A program made the position numbers and the translations under genes. DNA of 62,096 nt, the filler included. It is 6 parts of 6 records of this genome, joined end to end, with 100 filler letters (N's around TTAATTAATTAA, not from the genome) between each part and the next. Parts side by side here need not be neighbours in the genome. Positions count along the whole stretch, not along the records: positions 40,684 to 56,159 come from SRR2962707_815; positions 56,260 to 62,096 come from SRR2962707_844; 4 more parts are not named here. One strand, 5' to 3'. This document shows positions 51,267-61,880 of the stretch, one piece after another; within the stretch, counting starts at the first letter, position 1, and each line of letters opens with the position of its first letter. Below the pieces are notes generated by a model. It was not told where the DNA came from. It ran no database searches and saw nothing but the letters and a program-made list of their open reading frames with translations.

Positions 51267-52331
51267 ATGAGAATTTTAAAGTACCTTATATTCTTATTTT
51301 TAATTGTAGCAATTGGTTTATCTATCTATGTAGCCATCCAACCCGATGATTACAAAATAGTTAAAACCCGAATAATTAATGCTCCAAAACCAGTAATTTA
51401 CGAGTATGTAAATAACTTGGAGAATTGGAATAAATGGTCTGTTTGGTTTGACCATGATCCGCAGATGGTAATTGATTATGGCGCTACAACAAAAGGAGAA
51501 AATGCTTCTTTTAAATGGAATAGCAATATTTTAGGTAAAGGCACCATTACTACAACCTATATTTCTAAAGATTCCATCCGTCAACGTTTAGATTTTATCA
51601 AACCAAAAGAGACTATTGCACATCGTTTTTGGTCGTTTGTTGAGACCACTAGTCAAAATGGAGTATTAGTAACTTCTGGAATTGAAGGAAAACTCAGCTT
51701 CACTGATAAGTTTATAATTTTGTTTCAGAATAGTATGGAACACAGTTTTGATGTGGACTTTAACAACGGACTTATTAAATTAGACAGTGTTATTAGAGCG
51801 GATATGAAAAAATACACCATTTCTACTATTGGTAAAACCGAATATGGAGGAGGTTATTATTTATATCAAACCACAAGTGCTAGAATAAATGAAACGAATA
51901 TAGCTTCTGAAAAGATGTTCCAGGAAATTGAAGCCTTTATGGAACAAAACTATTTACATCCTTCTGGAGATGAGTTCACTTTATATCAACAAACAGACAC
52001 TTTAAACAATTCTGTTATTTTTTATGCAGGTGTTCCTATTAAAGAAAAAGTAATTACACCTGTTGGCAGTACAATTCTTTGTGGCTTTATTCCCTCTGGA
52101 AGTTATTTTAAAACTGTAATGAAAGGGGATTATATTAATATGAATGAAGCTTGGAGTAAAACAAGAGAAGCTATTAAAAATAATAATTTCGAAGTAGATC
52201 CTCAAAGGGATTCTTTTGAGAGTTACGTTGTTACAGAAGACGAAACAGCAAACCCAGCAGCGTTAATTTCTGAAATATACATCCCAATTAAAGAAAAAGT
52301 AGAAATTTATCCTGATACTATTGAGAACTAA
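51267..52331 (+). CDS. Membrane-anchored SRPBCC plus GyrI-like effector-binding protein
   Basis: N-terminal TM; INAPKPVIYEYVNNLENWNKWSVW; C-terminal KGDY...AW...FESY...SEIYIPI. Confidence 0.75.
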   Translation: MRILKYLIFLFLIVAIGLSIYVAIQPDDYKIVKTRIINAPKPVIYEYVNNLENWNKWSVWFDHDPQMVIDYGATTKGENASFKWNSNILGKGTITTTYISKDSIRQRLDFIKPKETIAHRFWSFVETTSQNGVLVTSGIEGKLSFTDKFIILFQNSMEHSFDVDFNNGLIKLDSVIRADMKKYTISTIGKTEYGGGYYLYQTTSARINETNIASEKMFQEIEAFMEQNYLHPSGDEFTLYQQTDTLNNSVIFYAGVPIKEKVITPVGSTILCGFIPSGSYFKTVMKGDYINMNEAWSKTREAIKNNNFEVDPQRDSFESYVVTEDETANPAALISEIYIPIKEKVEIYPDTIEN

Positions 52332-52344
52332 AAAATAGTTTGAA

Positions 52345-52716
52345 ATGAAACAGTTGATTTTAGTTTTTATTGGTGGAGGCTTAGGGAGTTCCCTCCGCTA
52401 TTTAATTAGTAAATTTCTAAATTCGTCTGAAACAGGAATTCCGTATGATACTTTTGCAGCAAACATTATAGGTAGCCTATTTATAGGAGTTATTTTAGGA
52501 TTTGCAGTAAAATATGAATCGCTTAACAACAATCAACTTTTATTTATTACTACTGGATTTTGCGGAGGTCTTACCACTTTCTCCACATTTGCATATGAAA
52601 ATCATGTGTTCTTAAAATCTGGAGATTTTCTTAATTTTCTTTTATATACTACAATTACATTTGTTACAGGAATAATAGCTGTGTTTATAGGTATTTTCTT
52701 AGTCAAATTCATATAA
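52345..52716 (+). CDS. crcB: Fluoride channel Fluc/CrcB
   Basis: GGGLGSSLRY, GFCGGLTTFSTF. Confidence 0.95.
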   Translation: MKQLILVFIGGGLGSSLRYLISKFLNSSETGIPYDTFAANIIGSLFIGVILGFAVKYESLNNNQLLFITTGFCGGLTTFSTFAYENHVFLKSGDFLNFLLYTTITFVTGIIAVFIGIFLVKFI

Positions 52717-52983
52717 GTTAACTCCTACAGATATTTTCTTTATAATTTATAGTTCATACACAAAAGTGTAGCACTTTTCTATTACTTAATTCTTCCTTAT
52801 AAAACATTTATAGGCAGCTTTTCTTTTTAAAAGGATTTTTCAACCTATACACTTCAGCTTAAAACTTTAAATAAAAAACTATTCAATTTGAATTAACCTG
52901 TCATGATATTCTCATATAAAAAATCTCTTCCTACATTATAATTTTCATCCTTTGATATTTAAAAAATATACATTTTAAATACT

Positions 52984-53005
52984 TACCCCTAATTTTAAAG
53001 GGGTA
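52984..53005. promoter_or_regulatory. Palindromic operator upstream of glnB-amtB
   Basis: TACCCCT-N8-AGGGGTA, with an extra half-site TACCCCCCT at 53036-53044. Confidence 0.6.
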
Positions 53006-53101
53006 TATTTTAATAATTTAATAAAAATTACAAACTACCCCCCTATTTTTTTTCTGATAACAATTATTTAACATAGTTTTAAGCAAACAAATCATTTAAA
53101 T

Positions 53102-53440
53102 ATGAAGAAAATTGAAGCCATTATTCGTAAATCAAAATTTGATGACGTACGAGATGCGTTACATCAAGTAGAAGTGAACTTTTTTAGTTACTGGGATGTT
53201 ACGGGAGTAGGTAACGAGAAAAAAGGCCATGTGTATCGTGGTGTAAGTTACAGTACTGCCGATATCCAAAGACGGTATTTGTCAATCATTGTTTCAGATG
53301 AATTTGCTGAACGTACGATTGAAGCCATCCTTAAATCAGCATATTCAGGAAATGTTGGTGACGGTAAAATAATAGTATCTCCTGTAGAAGAAGCCTACCG
53401 AATTAGAACGAGGGAAAAAGGCAAAGAATCATTAAAGTAA
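53102..53440 (+). CDS. glnB: P-II nitrogen regulator
   Basis: MKKIEAIIR, YRGVSY T-loop, GDGKII, RIRT. Confidence 0.93.
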   Translation: MKKIEAIIRKSKFDDVRDALHQVEVNFFSYWDVTGVGNEKKGHVYRGVSYSTADIQRRYLSIIVSDEFAERTIEAILKSAYSGNVGDGKIIVSPVEEAYRIRTREKGKESLK

Positions 53441-53470
53441 ACCAACTAAACTAATTTAAAAAAACTTTTT

Positions 53471-54700
53471 ATGGAAACAAACGTTATAGAAGTGAACGCA
53501 GTTCTAGATATAATGTGGATAATGATCGCGGGGATTCTCGTGTTTTTTATGCAATCAGGTTTTACACTTGTGGAGTCTGGTTTCACAAGATCTAAAAATG
53601 TAATCAATATAGTAATGAAAAACTTTGTGGATCTCGCTGTAGGTTCTTTAGCTTTTTGGTTTATTGGTTACACATTAATGTATGGAGAATCTATCAGTAG
53701 TTTTATTGGTACTCCTTCATTATTTTACAATGTGCGAGAAGACATGCACAACTTATTCTTTCAAACAGTATTTTGCGCAACAGCAGCTACCATAGTTTCT
53801 GGAGCCGTAGCAGAAAGAACAAAGTTTACTACCTATGTTATTTTTTCGCTAATTATGACAACATTAATCTATCCAATATCTGGCCACTGGGTATGGCAAG
53901 GTGACGGATGGTTAACAAAACTTGGATTTATAGACTTTGCAGGTTCTACAGTAGTACATTCCGTTGGAGGATGGGCTGCATTAGTTGGAGCAATTTTAGT
54001 AGGTCCAAGAATAGGAAAATACACAGAAGGAAAATCGAATGCTATCCCAGGACACAATATGATGTTTGGAGCATTAGGAGTATTTATCCTTTGGTTAGGA
54101 TGGTTCGGTTTTAATGCTGGATCTGAGCTAGCAATTAGCGGAGAAAGCTCTTTCAACGCTGCTGGCATTATTATTACTACAAACCTTGCCGCTGCTGCTG
54201 GTGCAGTAACTGCTTTAGCGCTTACATGGATACGCTACGGAAAACCAGAAGTATCTATGACTCTTAACGGTGCTTTGGCTGGTTTAGTTGGAATTACTGC
54301 TGGATGTGCTGCTGTAAGCCCTGGAGGTGCAGCCATTATAGGAATCCTTTCTGGATTAACAGTGGTATTCTCTATTGAATTTATCGACAAAACTCTAAAA
54401 ATTGATGATCCTGTTGGAGCAATTTCTGTACATGGAGTTTGTGGAGCTTTAGGAACTTTATTAGTTGGTGTTTTTGCTACTGATGGAGGACTTCTTTACG
54501 GAGGAGGATTTAGTCAACTTGGAATTCAAGCTATTGGAGTTGTAGGAATCGGTGTATGGGCATTAGTTACATCGTTCATTGTATTATTTATCCTGAAAAA
54601 AACATTGGGATTAAGAGTTACAAAAGAAGAAGAAATAGAAGGATTGGATATGCACGAACATGATGGTGCAGCTTATCCAGACTTCACTATAGATCGTTAG
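53471..54700 (+). CDS. amtB: Ammonium transporter
   Basis: FFMQSGF, DFAGSTVVH, GWFGFN, DDPVGAISVHG; both pore histidines present. Confidence 0.97.
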   Translation: METNVIEVNAVLDIMWIMIAGILVFFMQSGFTLVESGFTRSKNVINIVMKNFVDLAVGSLAFWFIGYTLMYGESISSFIGTPSLFYNVREDMHNLFFQTVFCATAATIVSGAVAERTKFTTYVIFSLIMTTLIYPISGHWVWQGDGWLTKLGFIDFAGSTVVHSVGGWAALVGAILVGPRIGKYTEGKSNAIPGHNMMFGALGVFILWLGWFGFNAGSELAISGESSFNAAGIIITTNLAAAAGAVTALALTWIRYGKPEVSMTLNGALAGLVGITAGCAAVSPGGAAIIGILSGLTVVFSIEFIDKTLKIDDPVGAISVHGVCGALGTLLVGVFATDGGLLYGGGFSQLGIQAIGVVGIGVWALVTSFIVLFILKKTLGLRVTKEEEIEGLDMHEHDGAAYPDFTIDR

Positions 54701-54721
54701 TTAGTTAGTTTTTATTTTAAA

Positions 54722-54772
54722 GGGTAAAAAAGAACGGAGCGGTATTTGGCGGTACGCTCCGTTCGGTAACCC
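54722..54772 (+). other. GC-rich intercistronic stem-loop
   Basis: GAACGGAGCG-N13-CGCTCCGTTC with outer GGGT/ACCC pairing. Confidence 0.7.
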
Positions 54773-54848
54773 ACTTTTGTAAAAATTAATATTCTAATTA
54801 TCTGACCAATTCATTAATAAACCAAACAACAAATTAACTTTTAATATT

Positions 54849-55907
54849 ATGAAAGCGATTACACTTACAAATGTCGTAAAAAATATATTTTTCCTAGCGG
54901 TTTCATTAGCTAGTTTAAGCACTTTTGCTCAAGAAGATAAAAAATTTAATTTTAGTGGATCTGCAGACGTTTACTGGAAAACAAATTTAACCGGAACTAA
55001 TGAGGCAGATGGAGACGGAATGTTTAACACCCCTCCTACTTCTTTTGCTAATAGAAGTGGATTTGCACTAGGTATGGCAAATCTTATAGCTTCTTATGAA
55101 GGGGAAAAAGTAGGTTTTGTAGCCGATTTAGTTTTCGGACCTCGTGGAGAAGATGCTGTTTTCTTATCTACTGGTTCTGCAAATATTGTAAATCAATTAT
55201 ATGTATACTGGAATGTAAGCGAAAAAGTAAGATTGACAATGGGGAACTTCAACACCTTTTTAGGATATGAAGTTATTTCTCCTGTAGGTAACTTTAATTA
55301 CTCTACTTCTTATATGTTCTCTTACGGACCATTCTCTCACACTGGAATAAAAGCAGATTTTACACTTTCTGATGATTTTTCTTTAATGTTGGCTGTTATG
55401 AACAGTACAGACTTTACAGAAATAAATCTTGATGGAAGCTATACAGCTGGAGCTCAATTAGGATATAAAGGTCAGTATTTAAACTTTATTTACGGGGCTC
55501 AAACAGGTTTACCAGGAGAAACTTTTCAAGTAGATTATACAGGTGGATTTGATTTATCTGACGCTTTTTACTTAGGAATAAACACTACTTACAACACTAC
55601 CGATGGTTCTGGATTCTATGGTTTTGCACTATACCCTCAATATGCAACATCAGAAAAATTCTCTGTCGGGCTTCGTGGAGAATATTTTAAAGAATTTGAT
55701 GGTGGTGTTGGAGTATTTGGCTTAGCACCAGATAGTGATGCTGATGTATTTGAATTTACATTAACAGGAAACTATAAAATTAGTGATTTAACTATAAAAC
55801 CAGAATTAAGATTTGATAGCGCTTCTGAGGACATCTTTTTAGACGGAGATGATAATCCTACAGGAAGCCTAGCATCCTTTTTAGTAGCGGCGGTATATGC
55901 TTTTTAA
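54849..55907 (+). CDS. Putative outer-membrane beta-barrel porin
   Basis: Signal peptide, amphipathic strands, GNFNTFLGYEVI, NYSTSYMF, GPFSHTG, terminal Phe; follows amtB. Confidence 0.8.
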   Translation: MKAITLTNVVKNIFFLAVSLASLSTFAQEDKKFNFSGSADVYWKTNLTGTNEADGDGMFNTPPTSFANRSGFALGMANLIASYEGEKVGFVADLVFGPRGEDAVFLSTGSANIVNQLYVYWNVSEKVRLTMGNFNTFLGYEVISPVGNFNYSTSYMFSYGPFSHTGIKADFTLSDDFSLMLAVMNSTDFTEINLDGSYTAGAQLGYKGQYLNFIYGAQTGLPGETFQVDYTGGFDLSDAFYLGINTTYNTTDGSGFYGFALYPQYATSEKFSVGLRGEYFKEFDGGVGVFGLAPDSDADVFEFTLTGNYKISDLTIKPELRFDSASEDIFLDGDDNPTGSLASFLVAAVYAF

Positions 55908-56062
55908 TTAACCAACAAACCATTCTTTGAATTCTATATAAAATGAACCCTAAACAATGTCATTACATACACAGAAAACAAAGAATAATACCTCAAAAAT
56001 GAGGATAAAAGAAATTTAAAAGTAGCCGTTTACTCGTTCTAAGTTGTAACCCTAGGGTTACG

Positions 56063-56094
56063 AAGCCTGGTGGTGGCTCCGCCAGGCTTTTTTT
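56063..56094 (+). terminator. Intrinsic terminator of the nitrogen operon
   Basis: AAGCCTGGTGG-TGGCT-CCGCCAGGCTT followed by a T run. Confidence 0.85.
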
Positions 56095-56109
56095 AATTAA
56101 CTAATCAAC

Positions 56110-56159
56110 TACCTCGAGGCAAGCCTACAAGGTATTCAAAGGAAAAATATTTTAATCCA
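56110..56159 (+). repeat. Dispersed intergenic repeat copy (REP-like), related to 18183-18231
   Basis: TACCTCGAGGCAAGCCTACAAGGTATTCAAAGGAAAAATATTTTAATCCA. Confidence 0.7.
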
Positions 56160-56259
56160 NNNNNNNNNNNNNNNNNNNNNNNNNNNNNNNNNNNNNNNNN
56201 NNNTTAATTAATTAANNNNNNNNNNNNNNNNNNNNNNNNNNNNNNNNNNNNNNNNNNNN
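56160..56259. other. Artificial contig spacer
   Basis: N44-TTAATTAATTAA-N44. Confidence 0.99.
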
Positions 56260-56350
56260 TTTTTTTTTTTTTTTTTTTTTTTTGCGCCGCCTTCATTGCA
56301 GTGGAAAATCCGCAGCAGTTAGGTGCAGCTACCACACTGCCACCAGTCTG

Positions 56351-58080
56351 ATGGAGACGTTGCGCTCCATTCAAGAATGCATTCGCGAATGGAATGACGC
56401 GGATTCGGAGTGGCAGGCTCGAATGCCTGTCCGCTACGAAGTTGATGACGCGGACACTGCGCTGGTCACACGGGGCGACTTATTTTCCAACCATGTCGTG
56501 GACGATCGCGCCTCGCATTTTGATGCTGAGGACGAGTCGATAGCTTCACGAATGTCAGCCTCGCAGCTTGGGGTACAGAGTAGTATGGATCAACTCCATC
56601 AACGTGCTACAAATTCAGACACGGGGGCGTTCCACTCGAAGTTCAGCCGTTTAAGCAGCACGCGAGCTCTTCGCCACGACCAAAAAAATAGCTTCGAGGG
56701 TGGAAGACAAAGACATTTGACTTACCCGTCTCAGGCTGAGGCGGAGGCTCGCGCCGAGCACGCGGTGGCTGTCTCGAGTGGAAGCCCGCTGTTGAGGCAG
56801 TTGGCTCTTGCACGTCGGCGCGAGAAGCAACGAAGACAAATGCTGGCACGAATGGAGGAGTTTGAACGTGAATCTCAGCGTGCTGCACGACGCAACGAAC
56901 AGATTCGACTTGGTTTTTCGAAGCATGCTCAAGAGTTGGAAGATCAAAGGACCGTGGACATTCAACAGGTAGCGATTGTGCAATTGAAACAGTTGCTGCC
57001 TTTCTCTTGCATTGCGTGCTTTAGCCTTTCACAAGCAAACGCTTGCTCATGTCTGCAGGCTGTTGACCAAGTTGACGACGGCGAGGAGGAGGCACTACGA
57101 ATTAGCCTTGAGAAAGAAAAACGGAAATTTCTGGAACGGATGGTGCAAGAGCTCGGCCCGCATGAAGATCGCGTACGTCATCGCAACCTGTTACGTAGTT
57201 CACTGTTGTAACTGGCATCGTTGTTTGGAACGACAAGTTATCGTTCGTTCATGTGGTGCAGTTGGCAGACTGGAAGTTGGAGCTGGTGGAAAAAATGGAA
57301 CAAGACGCAAAAATGAGCCAAAATCGACTCATGGAGTCTAGGGTAGCATACGAACGTGAAAAGGGCGTGCTTGAGGTGTGTCGGTGTGCTTTGGTTGTAG
57401 AAAACAATACGATATCGATTATTTCTTGTTGTCCCGTTTGATGACCTTGAAATTGGTGGCTGCGCGTGTGCTGCGTAGTTATTATCAAAGAGGCGAGCCG
57501 AAGTTATGGTTGCCGAAGCACACGAGCGCCAGGAGGTGACCGAGAGACATTGATATACCTCCTGAGTGGTGCATGCCTTACAAGCGCTTTTGGCGGAGTT
57601 AAAAATTGCCGCCTATTGTTTGCTCTGGACTCTGTTGTCGCTTGCTTCGTGTGGCAGGCAATTGCGCGGGGATTGAGTCGGGCCGAGTTGGCAAAACAAG
57701 AAGAAGTGTTGCTTCGCAGCATTGATGTCTGCTCCAAAGAAGCAATATCTGACATAGTGGGTTCGTACTGGCATACGGGGTGGATGGAGCTTGGCAATCG
57801 CCTGCACGATAACGGCAAGGACGCTATTTCACTTCACATACCACAATGACGTTTGTGTGCTCCGTTTGCAGCCCACCACTACAGCACACAAGAAGAACGA
57901 GACTCGCAATTCATGCATCGATGCCTGACTGACATAGAGGAGCTTCGACGAGAATTGAAAACGTCAACAATGTTAGTTCATGGTGCCTCAAACATCGTGC
58001 TTGTCGCGCAACTTCCCTTTTATTGTTGTTTGTGGAGTGTGCATCAATTCTGTGACTGTGATTGTGCAGGAAATATGTAG
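56351..58080 (+). CDS. Eukaryotic spliced coiled-coil protein of unknown function (3' exons uncertain)
   Basis: E/R/Q-rich helical exons joined in frame by GT-AG introns at 56969-57058 and 57173-57261; next donor at 57376. Confidence 0.5.
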
Positions 58081-58150
58081 AGTCGCTTCAAAGACGATCA
58101 TAGTGCTCCCTGCAAAATCATGAAATAGCGCAGCAATAATTATTGATTCT

Positions 58151-60577
58151 TTATTCATCAATTAAAGTATTGGTACTGTTGCTAGCATTGAAGCAATCAG
58201 TATTTTCGTCATTTGCTATAGCAGGTAGTGTCGAGAGGCGAATGCGTTTTGAGGTGTCGCCACCCTCACAGGTTTCTAGTCGTGCCGTATTGTGCGGGGC
58301 TTGTACAGTCAATATTCTTTCAGAGTCATTGCTTGGTGTAATATCTGCCGCGCAATGTTCCGCTGCGTCAAGGGTTGCTGAACTGTATTTAGAACTGCTG
58401 CTTCGACGCGGTTTGGAGGAGGCATTGGATGTGGAAGCAATGCTGCTTCTTCGACGGCTTGAACTGCTTCGTCGTCGACCAGCGCTGCTGGATCGCCGGC
58501 GGTTGTGAATATCTTGAAGTGTTCCAGCAGCAGCGCGCTGGAGAGTTTGCAGCCAGAGTTCAGCCATTTTCCGGGAAGCAGCGCAAAAATCATAGAGCTT
58601 TATAGACAGTGCCGATGCAAAACATCATTGCAAATTTGAGCGAAAATTGACGAGCTTGAAAAATAACCATTGTCACAAAACAGCAATGACTTCTGCAGCA
58701 AGAGGCCTGTGGCATTTGTTCAACCATTACGTACTTGACCGCCAATGCGCATTGAAAATTGCTTTGCACTTGTTTCTTCACCTTCCGTGGCCATAACATT
58801 CGAGAGGTCGGCGAAGGCGACGCTTCGTAGAATTGGTCCACCCTTTGTTTTGGAGTAGCAAAATACACTCGCCTGCACATTCCATCAAAATATTCAAAGT
58901 GTGATTAGGAGCTTGTGCTGCAAATAGCAACGCATCCAAGCTTACTACGTAGGACAGTTGAGTGCTGGTACGAACCTCGGCATCGAAGAAAAACCATCGC
59001 TTTTGCCAACGTCCACCAGGCCCACCAATACTACTTGCTCGTCTTGATTGCGGCTTCCCTGGTGTCTCAAAGGCTGCAAGAGGGCGGTTTCTCAAACTGC
59101 TACCCGCAAACTCAGTTTCAACTAGCGATGGTCGCTTTAGCAGAAATCCCTCGACCAGGCGGCGTACCGTCGCCTTCGGACATCCCTCCGAGGAAGACGC
59201 ACCGATGCGCTTGCGCTTTGAACGTTGCTGTTTTTGGCTTTGGCCGTTTTCAAGTTTTTGCGCAATATCTTGACTCGCAGAACCATGCCTTCTCTCCTCT
59301 AGCGTGGCGTTGCTTTCTTCTATCTTCTGCACTGCAGCAACTGCTGCCGCCTTTGCTTGAAGCTCCAGCTTCTCAGCTTCCAGAGCTGCAATCTGAGCCT
59401 GTTTGGCCTCTGCTGTTGCCCTGGCCAGAGCCTCTTTGGCCGTCTGTGCGGCGACAAGATCTGCCTCCACGACACTTGCCTCGTCGGCAACCACAGATTC
59501 GTAAAATGGGTTTTTGAGGGGTGAGGGTGTTGGTGTGGATGTGCTCTTGGCCGAATTTGCAGCTGTCACGGGGCTACTTTTGCGCCCGAGTACCTCATCA
59601 AGCTGATCCTGCGAAACTTCAAAAAAATCCAGTACACGTGGAATTGTCACCTCCGTAAGAAGACGATTGGCGAGCTCCTCAATTTTGCCCAGAGCAAGCG
59701 ACGGTGGCTGGTGGCTGGCGACTTCTTTCTTGTTAAATCCTGATAAGATTCTGGTTGACTTGGAGTTCACTTTGGGCACGGTGCTGCTTTTGCCAAAAGT
59801 TGGGACTGGAGTTTCGTGGAGCCAAAGCCCGTCTCGATCCAATTTTACCGCCAGGGACACAAAAGAGGAGTGAGAAAATCGGCGACGAGTCGCGATTGAA
59901 GGTAAAAACTGAGTGAAAGCTTCATCCCCACGAAATTCGTAAACGTAGTGCACTTCGTCCGCTGCGTCGTCGAGCGTACGGTTGTTGTCGCTTTGGGTTT
60001 CATCGTCATCACTTGCATCTCCAATCAATTCTTTCCGGACGAAGTGCAAAGGGCGAAGTTGCCGCAGGCAAGCCGGGACAACAATCTCCGTTGCTGACAC
60101 GGAGCTGTTGGCTGTTGAAGGATACCTTGCGGTAGCCTGACCATCAGCTGAATTGCAAGTTCCTCCGTTGTTTTTCCTTGCGTTTTGGTCAAACACATCG
60201 ATTGCATCCAAAAGACAGTTGATACTGGATCGCTCTTCCTCCGTAACGCATCGACGGCGAGCTTCCAGGAGCGCTTCCTTGGCTGCACGACGAGTGTCTT
60301 GTGTCGGATCTTCTCCTGCAGAAGTAACACCATTCGCACTCTGCGTGGCAATTTCATTCATGTAGACTTCTCCGAGGCGCAAAAAGTCTTGACTTGTTGC
60401 CCCGGTGCACTCGCAGATTGCTTTGTAATTCGCAATTGCAAGCCTGAATTGCCCAGAGTCATGGTAAGCCTCCGCATCACTGCGAAGGCAAGACACCAAG
60501 TGGTCGGAGCTGTCAATGGGCACGCCACCCCCAACACCGACACCATCAGTATTCCCGCCGTCTTGAATATTGCCCAT
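58151..60577 (-). CDS. Eukaryotic protein with TPR-like N-terminus, coiled coil and PH domain (3 exons)
   Basis: Splicing out 58873-58975 and 58598-58734 rebuilds a PH domain: EGFLLKR...WQKRWFFFDAE|ASVFCYSK...FSMRIGGQ|LYDFCAASRKMAELWLQTL. ATG at 60577 lies in an ACCATGG context. Confidence 0.75.
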
Positions 60578-61117
60578 GGTGTTTCCCGCAGAGTTCCAGC
60601 CAGCGCTGCTACAAGCGCTCCGTTTCAGACGCCGCTTCACAGCGGAGTCCTCCCGCCACTCTTCACAAAGTCAGCTAAAAACGCACAAGGATATATTTTT
60701 TAATCCATTTATGGTGAATTTATTGTTCCGAACTTATTCTGTCGCAGCCAATGGCCACTGCTTACTTCCACTGCTTTCGTCCCATGTCAAGTGTGGACTA
60801 CGAAGCCAGAAGTTCACTGTGTTTTCCCTCAGCATCCCACCAACTCCGCCACCCACCCTGGCCGTCTTGCCGAATGTGCCACCCGCCCTACTCCGTCCAT
60901 CAATTCCGTCTCCTCTTTCGCTCTGGAAACTCTCCCGCTCCGCGTCAATCGAGAACAGCACACCTCCAACCCTTCGCCACCGCTTGTCTTCCACATCTCG
61001 CTGGTCCCTGACACAAGCCAAAGCCTGAACCAACACTCCGAGTGGTCCCATCACCCTCCCTGCCTTACTGCAGTCTGTGCGTGTGCTTGCTTCTTCTCAT
61101 CGCTCCACTTACCTCTG

Positions 61118-61205
61118 CCTGTGTCAGTGTGACAGTGTGTCTGTGTGTCTGTGTTTGTGAGTGTGTCTGTGTGTGTTTGTGGCTTCGTCTGCGTGTGGGT
61201 GTGTC
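61118..61205. repeat. Degenerate TG microsatellite
   Basis: gtgtgtctgtgtgtctgtgtttgtgagtgtg... Confidence 0.85.
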
Positions 61206-61669
61206 CTCCAGCCTTTTCGCCGTCGCAAAAAAAAAACTCAACTGCCACACGAGAGTCGCGTTTCGTTAAAGAAGCGTTCGAACACTTTTCCACTTTTCCA
61301 CTTTCTTCTGGATTGTTTACATGTTAGTTAGTTCGCCAATAATAAATAAATCACAAAATGAGGCAACAAAAAAAATCATAAAAAAAGACAGAGAAAAAAA
61401 AGCAAAAAGAAAAAAACAAAACAAAAATTGTTGACTTTGCACTATGCTGGTGTATTCGACACAACATAGTGTAAGTAAATAGGTACTAGACAAAGAGACT
61501 GTTTTGTTGCAATTATACACCATAGTAAGCCTTGTTTAGCAACGCAGTTTTAGCGACCTCTCACCACACCGCCTGCATGTGTTTGGGGCAAGTCACCAGT
61601 CGTGTCGAGACTTTCTTCAAAAAAAAATAAAACTCGTCGCTCGCGGGCGGCAGCTGTGCGTCTTCGACT

Positions 61670-61880
61670 GTTGTGTCTTCTCTGTTTCTGCTTCTGTCTC
61701 TGTCTGGCTCTGTCTGTCTGGCTTTGTCTCTCTGTTTGTTTTCTGTTCATGTGTGCGGCTGTGTCCGTCTCACTGTCTCACTGTCTCTCTCGACATCTCT
61801 CTGTCTCTCTGTCTCATATTTTCTCCCTGTCTCGGTCTCTCTGTCTCTCCGTCTCTCTTGCTTTCGACACAGTCTCTCGC
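61670..61880. repeat. TC/TCTG low-complexity tract
   Basis: tctgtctctgtctggctctgtctgtct... Confidence 0.85.

Noticed and set aside
52332-52344. Fluoride riboswitch upstream of crcB
   Set aside because: Only 13 nt separate crcB from the upstream gene, and no riboswitch motif is visible.
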